Shown one piece after another: positions 58,456-64,000 of a stretch of 64,000 bases of DNA. This DNA comes from Candidatus Obscuribacteraceae bacterium. Lineage in GTDB: Bacteria > Cyanobacteriota > Vampirovibrionia > Obscuribacterales > Obscuribacteraceae. The position numbers and the translations under genes are program-made. A model generated the notes under the pieces. The model made no database searches. It was not told the origin of the DNA and saw nothing but the letters and a program-made list of their open reading frames with translations. Each line of letters begins with the position of its first letter. The first letter of the stretch is position 1. The DNA is taken from assembly GCA_044226015.1 (NCBI GenBank), contig JBGAHS010000010.1, positions 32,001-96,000 on the forward strand. The letters run 5' to 3'.

Positions 58456-60054
58456 TCAATTAATGTGTGCGTTATCAACCAGGAGCTGCTTGACGATTTC
58501 TAGTGTGTCAGCTTCCGCAGCAGGTTTGTCCATTCGCCATCTCAGCATGCGTGGAAACCTGACCGCAATGCCTGATTTATGGCGTGGAGATTTCTGAATT
58601 CCTTCAAACGCCAGCTCAAAAACGAGCTCAGGTTTTACAGTTCTGACCGGTCCAAATTTCTCGATGGTATTTTGCCGAACGAAGTTATCTACTTTGCGGA
58701 TCTCTTCATCCGTCAAACCCGAGTAGGCTTTAGCCACCGGAACCAAACTATCATTGTCCCAAACTCCAAAAGTATAATCTGTGTAGAGACTTGCTCGTTT
58801 GCCACTTCCCCGTTGGGCGTAAATAAGCACCGCATCCATGGTGAACGGATTCACCTTCCATTTCCACCAATCACCACGCTGTCTTCCTACCTTGTAAGGC
58901 GAGCTGAGTCGCTTTAGCATTAATCCTTCAACGTTGTGCGTTCTGGATTGCTCTCGCGACTCTGCAAGTTCAGCCCAGTTTTTTGACTGCACTATAGGTG
59001 ATACCTTGAACCGGACATTGCAGTTCGTCAGTAGCTCTTCCAACCGGCGTCTGCGCACTGATAAAGGTTGTGGGCGCATATCTTCTCCCTGGAATTCAAG
59101 GAGGTCATAGACCATTACAACCACGGGAATCTCGGCCAAGATCTTCTTGGTTAGTGTTTTTCTACCAATCCGCTGCTGAAGTTGCGAAAAAGGCAAAACC
59201 TCTGCTCCGCTCCATGGCAGGATTTCGCCGTCAATTACAGTCCCGTCCGGTAATGAATTGGCGGCTTCAAGTAGCTCAGGAAATCTTTCGGATATAAGTT
59301 CCTCACCACGTGACCAAATGAAAGTTTGACCATCTCTTCTAATGAGCTGTGACCTGATTCCATCCCACTTCCACTCGGCTTGCCACTCGCTGACTTCGCC
59401 AAGATCCGTTGGATCGCCATCGAGTGGATGTGCCAAATAAAATGGATAGGGTCTGCTGATATCCGCGTCTTCAGTCTCTGCTGCAATCAAATTCTGGAAA
59501 AATTCAGGCGATGGATCCCATGTTCCCATGAGGCGGTGTGCTATCGTCGCCGCATCCACCTTATTCAGCTGTGAAAGTGCTCGAATGACTAATTGTTGTG
59601 ATACACCCACGCGAAATGCTCCAGTGAGCAACTTATTCCAGATGAATCTCTGCAAATCATCTAACTCTTGCCACGCCAGGCTAACTCTCTCGAATTGCTC
59701 TTCGTCGCTAGCTCCTTTTAACGGTAGTAGTCGTTGCTCTATCCACACGTGCAGAGAAAGATTAGTCGAAGCCACCGCAGCGGGCAAGAGAAGTGCGATT
59801 GTCTCGGCCATGTCTCCAACCGCGTCATAGGACTCTGAAAATAGCCATTCCGGAATATCAGCAATCGTGAGGGCAAACCTTACGAGCTTTGGCATTTGCA
59901 CCAGTTGCTTTTGCTTTCTCCCGGTAAGAAAGTAAACTGCCCATGCTGCATCAGCTGCTTCTGCGGCTTCAAAATATGAACGCATTGCAGCGACCTTTTC
60001 ATTGGTTTTCGTCGTCTCATCTAGGGCTTGGTACAGTAATGCAAAGTCTTTCAA
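58456..60054 (-). CDS. ATP-dependent DNA ligase (type linked to the ligase-associated DNA damage response cluster)
   Basis: EWKWDGIR, IDGEI, EGLMLK, WWKWK, SGIAVRFPR. Confidence 0.95.
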   Translation of the reverse strand: MKDFALLYQALDETTKTNEKVAAMRSYFEAAEAADAAWAVYFLTGRKQKQLVQMPKLVRFALTIADIPEWLFSESYDAVGDMAETIALLLPAAVASTNLSLHVWIEQRLLPLKGASDEEQFERVSLAWQELDDLQRFIWNKLLTGAFRVGVSQQLVIRALSQLNKVDAATIAHRLMGTWDPSPEFFQNLIAAETEDADISRPYPFYLAHPLDGDPTDLGEVSEWQAEWKWDGIRSQLIRRDGQTFIWSRGEELISERFPELLEAANSLPDGTVIDGEILPWSGAEVLPFSQLQQRIGRKTLTKKILAEIPVVVMVYDLLEFQGEDMRPQPLSVRRRRLEELLTNCNVRFKVSPIVQSKNWAELAESREQSRTHNVEGLMLKRLSSPYKVGRQRGDWWKWKVNPFTMDAVLIYAQRGSGKRASLYTDYTFGVWDNDSLVPVAKAYSGLTDEEIRKVDNFVRQNTIEKFGPVRTVKPELVFELAFEGIQKSPRHKSGIAVRFPRMLRWRMDKPAAEADTLEIVKQLLVDNAHIN

Positions 60055-60057
60055 TGC

Positions 60058-61086
60058 TTAGCCCTCCGGTTCAGTCTCAGCTTGGAGTTCTCGCGATTCG
60101 CCTTCGAAATGTGTTTTGAAGGAACTTGCATTTAGACCATTTTCACTGAGCCACCTGACCATTTCAGCAGTGTACCCATGAGTGACTATAATCCTGTCAG
60201 CTCCAGTATTCTTGATTACATGCTGCAATTCGTTCCAATCTGCATGATCCGACAGAACAAAGCCGCGGTCAACGGATTTTCGCCGACGCGTCCCTCTTAT
60301 TCTCATCCAGCCAGAGGCGAACCCAGTAGATAATGTTCCGAATGTTCTGGTCCACGGCGTAGCTTGTGCCGATGGTGGCGCAAGAATGAGGGCGCCATCA
60401 TATTTGGTGCCACGCGGCATTGCACCAACATAAGTTGTTTCTGGAAGTTTGACACCACTATCGCGGTAGACTTGTACCAGCTTCTCAACAGCTCCATGCG
60501 AGTAGATTGGACCTATGGAGGGATCTACTCCAGCCAGTAAGCGCTGTATCTTTCCCAGCGCATAACCGTACAGAATGCTTGCTTTGCCTTGTTTTTTGTT
60601 ATTTTGCCACCATGAGTTGATGCTTTCATACACTATCGTGGGATCCGACCATCTAAAAATGGGCAGACCGAAAGTGGATTCCGTTATGAAAGTGTGGCAT
60701 TCTACGGGATCGAACGGATCGCATGTTGGGTCGAATCTGGTTTTGTAGTCGCCCGAGACAACCCAGACCTCTCCCGACTTCGCTTCGATTCGAACCTGGG
60801 AAGACCCCAGAACATGCCCAGCAGAATGAAGCGACACTCGCACTGAACCGATTTGTATTTGCGCACCATAATCAAGCGATTCAACGTTAGCGCGTTCAGC
60901 AAGTCTTGCTTTAAGCAACTTGACACCAGTAGTCGCAGTTAAGTAGGACCGATGTCCCTGCTGGGCATGGTCGGAGTGTGCGTGGGTTATTATCGCGCGG
61001 TCCACTGGAAGCCATGGATCTATATAAAAGCCTCCGTTCTCGCAGTAAAGTCCTGCCTCGGTCAACGTTATCAGGTCTGTGTTCAC
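60058..61086 (-). CDS. Ligase-associated DNA damage response exonuclease (MBL / beta-CASP fold)
   Basis: YIDPW, ITHAHSDH, AGHVLGS, SGDYK, TESTFGLP, LSDHADW, VTHG. Confidence 0.93.
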   Translation of the reverse strand: MNTDLITLTEAGLYCENGGFYIDPWLPVDRAIITHAHSDHAQQGHRSYLTATTGVKLLKARLAERANVESLDYGAQIQIGSVRVSLHSAGHVLGSSQVRIEAKSGEVWVVSGDYKTRFDPTCDPFDPVECHTFITESTFGLPIFRWSDPTIVYESINSWWQNNKKQGKASILYGYALGKIQRLLAGVDPSIGPIYSHGAVEKLVQVYRDSGVKLPETTYVGAMPRGTKYDGALILAPPSAQATPWTRTFGTLSTGFASGWMRIRGTRRRKSVDRGFVLSDHADWNELQHVIKNTGADRIIVTHGYTAEMVRWLSENGLNASSFKTHFEGESRELQAETEPEG

Positions 61087-61302
61087 GGTTGTCTTGTCGC
61101 TTGGAAGTTCTAGAGTTGCTGAGTTAATTTATATCTGAGTTCTTAATGAATGACTTCTGCTCAAAATCTGCAAAAAGCGGTGTTATTTTGTCCGTGTGTC
61201 ATATTTTCCTACTGATGTTAGTGATTCTCTGTGAATTAACTGTGGACGAAGCGGCTTGTATCCCAAACACCTTGTAGCCCAAACACCTCAATGGAAGTAA
61301 AG

Positions 61303-61898
61303 CAAAACGCGAAGCGATAGCGGTTGGAGATTGAGCAGAACGCGAAGAGCGGGAAGCTAATCCAGTGGCAGGTGGAAAATAGAAAAACGCGAAGCGATAG
61401 CGGTTGGAGCTTGAGCAGAACACGCAGCGCGGAACAAGCTAATCCAGTGGCAGGTGGAAAATAGAAAAACGCGAAGCGATAGCGGTTGGAGAATGAGGAG
61501 AACACGAAGAGCGGGAAGCTAATCCAGTGGAAGGTGGAAAATAGAAAAACGCGAAGCGATAGCGGTTGGAGAATGAGTAGAACACGAAGAGCGGGAAGCT
61601 AATCCAGTGGAAGGTGGAAAATAGAAAAACGCGAAGCGATAGCGGTTGGAGATTGAGCAGAACGCGCAGCGCGGAACAAGCTAATCCAGTGGCAGGTGGA
61701 AAGTAGAAAAACGCGAAGGGATAGCGGTTGGAGATTGAGCGGTACGCGCAGAGAGGCAGATGCCAGTCAAGTGAGATGTGGAAAGTAGAAAAACGCGAAG
61801 CGATAGCGGTTGTAGATTGAGCAGAACGCGCAGATCAAGCAGATGACAACCAAGAGGAAGAGAAATTTAGAAAAACGCGAACCGATAGCGGTTGGCGA
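61303..61898 (+). repeat. Tandem array, about 80-bp unit with REP-like core variant AAAACGCGAAGCGATAGCGGTTGG, 8 cores
   Basis: Direct reading; units degrade toward both ends. Confidence 0.9.
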
Positions 61899-62005
61899 AT
61901 TCGCCTGACGAGCTACTTTCCTGAACACACACTTAATCAAAGCTGCTGCCAAGCAGCTGTAGAATTTCAAGAGAAGTTAGCGAATCTCAGTGGTATATGC
62001 GATAG

Positions 62006-64000
62006 ATGTCTGAGCCTGCCAGCGTATATAAGAGCTCAGCGGCGAAGAATAACTCGTCCGACACCGGTTCAGCAGAGTCTGAGCGCTTGAACGGTAGTGT
62101 TGAACGAATTACTTTTCACAGCGAGGAGAGTGGCTTTTGCGTCGTAAAGGTGAAGGTACAAGGGCGCAAGGACTTAGTAACTGTCACGGGGTCCGCAGCA
62201 GCTATCACCACCGGAGAATTCATTGAATGTTCCGGCAGTTGGATTAACGACAAGAATTATGGACTTCAATTCAAAGCACAGAGTCTTGTTGTTGTGCCTC
62301 CGACAACACTTGAAGGTATTGAAAAATATCTTGGTTCAGGCATGATCAAGGGGATAGGACCTCATTACGCGAAGAAGATGGTTGAGACCTTTGGTGCTGA
62401 GATTTTCGAGGTAATCGAATCCGAGCCCGAGCGATTAAACTCTTTACCCCGTTTCGGAAAAAAACGCATCGAAAAAGTGGTTGCTGCCTGGGGAGAACAG
62501 CGAGCAATCAGAGAAATCATGGTCTTCCTCCAATCGTATGGTGTCAGCACCTCACGCTCTGTTCGAATCTATCGAACCTATGGTGATCAAGCTATTTCGA
62601 TGGTGTCAGAAAATCCTTATCGCCTCTCTTCTGATATTCATGGGGTAGGATTTAAATCTGCCGACCAGATAGCTCAAAAGATAGGTATTCCCCGCGATTC
62701 AGTTATCAGGGCACAGGCGGGTGTAAAACATGCACTTCAAGAACTAGCATCTGATGGGAACTGCGCATGTGAAAAATCTGCACTGCGCCAAAAGACATGT
62801 GAACTTCTGGAGATTTCGCCTCAACTCTGTGAAGAAGCCATTACTGAAGAACTGAAACTAGGTAATCTGGTAGAAGAATGTGTCGCTGAAAAAGAGTTGA
62901 TCTATTTAAGCGCTCTCTTCAGAGCGGAACTTGGTGTGGTTGAAAATTTGCTTCGTCTGCTTCAAGGTGAGTCACCATGGGCGATGGTCGATGCTCGCCA
63001 AGCTATCCCGTGGGTCGAAAATAAAGCAAAGATTCAACTGTCCGATTCACAACGCAAAGCGGTCGAGCTAGCGTTGAAAAGCAAAGTGCTTGTAATTACT
63101 GGTGGACCCGGCGTCGGAAAAACTACAATCGTAAATAGCATTCTGCAAATTATGAGCGCTAAGCAGGCGAAAATTGCCCTATGTGCACCTACCGGAAGAG
63201 CCGCTAAACGCCTTTCTGAATCTACCGGAATGGAAGCAAAAACTATACATAGGCTGCTTGAGTTTGACCCTAAAATAAGGGGATTCAAGCGCAATAAAGA
63301 CAATAAAGTAGAGACGAATGTTCTTGTGGTTGATGAATCTTCGATGATCGACATCGTATTGATGCATCAGCTTTTGTGCGCAATTCCAAGCAACGCTGTA
63401 GTGCTTTTGGTTGGAGATGTTGACCAATTGCCTTCAGTTGGACCCGGAACTGTCCTTTCGAGCATAATTGAATCGGGCGTCATCGCAACTGTGAGGCTAA
63501 CGGAGATCTTTCGACAAGCCGCTAGCTCAAAAATTATCGTAAATGCTCATAGAATCAACAAAGGACAGATGCCTTTGAAGCAAGAAAAGCAAGATGAACT
63601 TGTAGATTTTTATCTTGTGCCGGCAGAATCTCCGGAGGACATCAACAAGAAACTTGTTCAAATTGTACAGGAGAGAATTCCAAAACGTTTTGGTCTCGAT
63701 CCCGTCAAAGATATACAGGTCCTCACGCCGATGAACAGAGGTAGCCTGGGTTCGCATTCTTTGAATATAGAGTTGCAGAAAAAATTGAATCCAAATCCCG
63801 AAGTTCAAATCAGCAAGTTTGGCACAGTCTTCGCACCGGGAGATAAGGTACTTCAGACTGTCAACAATTATGATAAGGAAGTCTTCAATGGAGACATAGG
63901 GCGAATTGAAAGTATCGATATGGAAGAGCAAGAAGCGCTCGTTGATTTCGATGGACGAAACATACTTTATGATTTCAATGAACTCGATGAGTTATCCCTT
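62006..64000 (+). CDS. recD2: RecD2 (RecD/TraA family) ATP-dependent helicase, truncated by the window end
   Basis: Absent from the ORF track. Manual translation: MSEPASVYK...LNGSVERITFHSEESGFCVVKV; IEKYLGSGMIKGIG; TGGPGVGKTT; APTGRAAKRL; VVDESSM; VGDVDQLPSVGPG. Confidence 0.93.
   Translation, partial: MSEPASVYKSSAAKNNSSDTGSAESERLNGSVERITFHSEESGFCVVKVKVQGRKDLVTVTGSAAAITTGEFIECSGSWINDKNYGLQFKAQSLVVVPPTTLEGIEKYLGSGMIKGIGPHYAKKMVETFGAEIFEVIESEPERLNSLPRFGKKRIEKVVAAWGEQRAIREIMVFLQSYGVSTSRSVRIYRTYGDQAISMVSENPYRLSSDIHGVGFKSADQIAQKIGIPRDSVIRAQAGVKHALQELASDGNCACEKSALRQKTCELLEISPQLCEEAITEELKLGNLVEECVAEKELIYLSALFRAELGVVENLLRLLQGESPWAMVDARQAIPWVENKAKIQLSDSQRKAVELALKSKVLVITGGPGVGKTTIVNSILQIMSAKQAKIALCAPTGRAAKRLSESTGMEAKTIHRLLEFDPKIRGFKRNKDNKVETNVLVVDESSMIDIVLMHQLLCAIPSNAVVLLVGDVDQLPSVGPGTVLSSIIESGVIATVRLTEIFRQAASSKIIVNAHRINKGQMPLKQEKQDELVDFYLVPAESPEDINKKLVQIVQERIPKRFGLDPVKDIQVLTPMNRGSLGSHSLNIELQKKLNPNPEVQISKFGTVFAPGDKVLQTVNNYDKEVFNGDIGRIESIDMEEQEALVDFDGRNILYDFNELDELSL

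Noticed and set aside
57768..58478. ORFs encoding RTAIASRF / FREQLSLRVF peptides (also 954-1643, 41427-42012, 61199-61970)
   Set aside because: Translations of the repeat arrays, open in several frames, with no RBS.

Overview
Bacterial chromosomal window of mid GC with no rRNA, tRNA, cas genes or prophage visible. Gene style suggests a non-photosynthetic Cyanobacteriota relative such as Melainabacteria, but this is inference only. Housekeeping and envelope genes include clpS-clpA, ychF, an RlmI-like methyltransferase, an ABC-2 exporter, a 3833-aa beta-helix adhesin and a VIT/vWA membrane protein. DNA end-processing genes are unusually dense: Ku-LigD, a second ATP-dependent ligase with its partner exonuclease, and RecD2. 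Highlights: (1) a compact retron (sigma70 promoter, msr/msd-like ncRNA with a1/a2 arms, 292-aa YCDD RT) with no effector gene, directly downstream of Ku-LigD; (2) a leader-peptide / antiterminator / terminator attenuator upstream of the ABC exporter; (3) a REP-like palindromic core (AAAACGCGAAGCGATAGCTGTTCGCGAAA) amplified into five tandem arrays with locus-specific spacers, among more than 20 tandem-repeat tracts; (4) a C-terminal domain shared by the giant adhesin and a small exported protein; (5) an IS1595-transposase-derived protein lacking a recognisable DDE core. All calls come from reading the sequence; no searches or folding programs were run.
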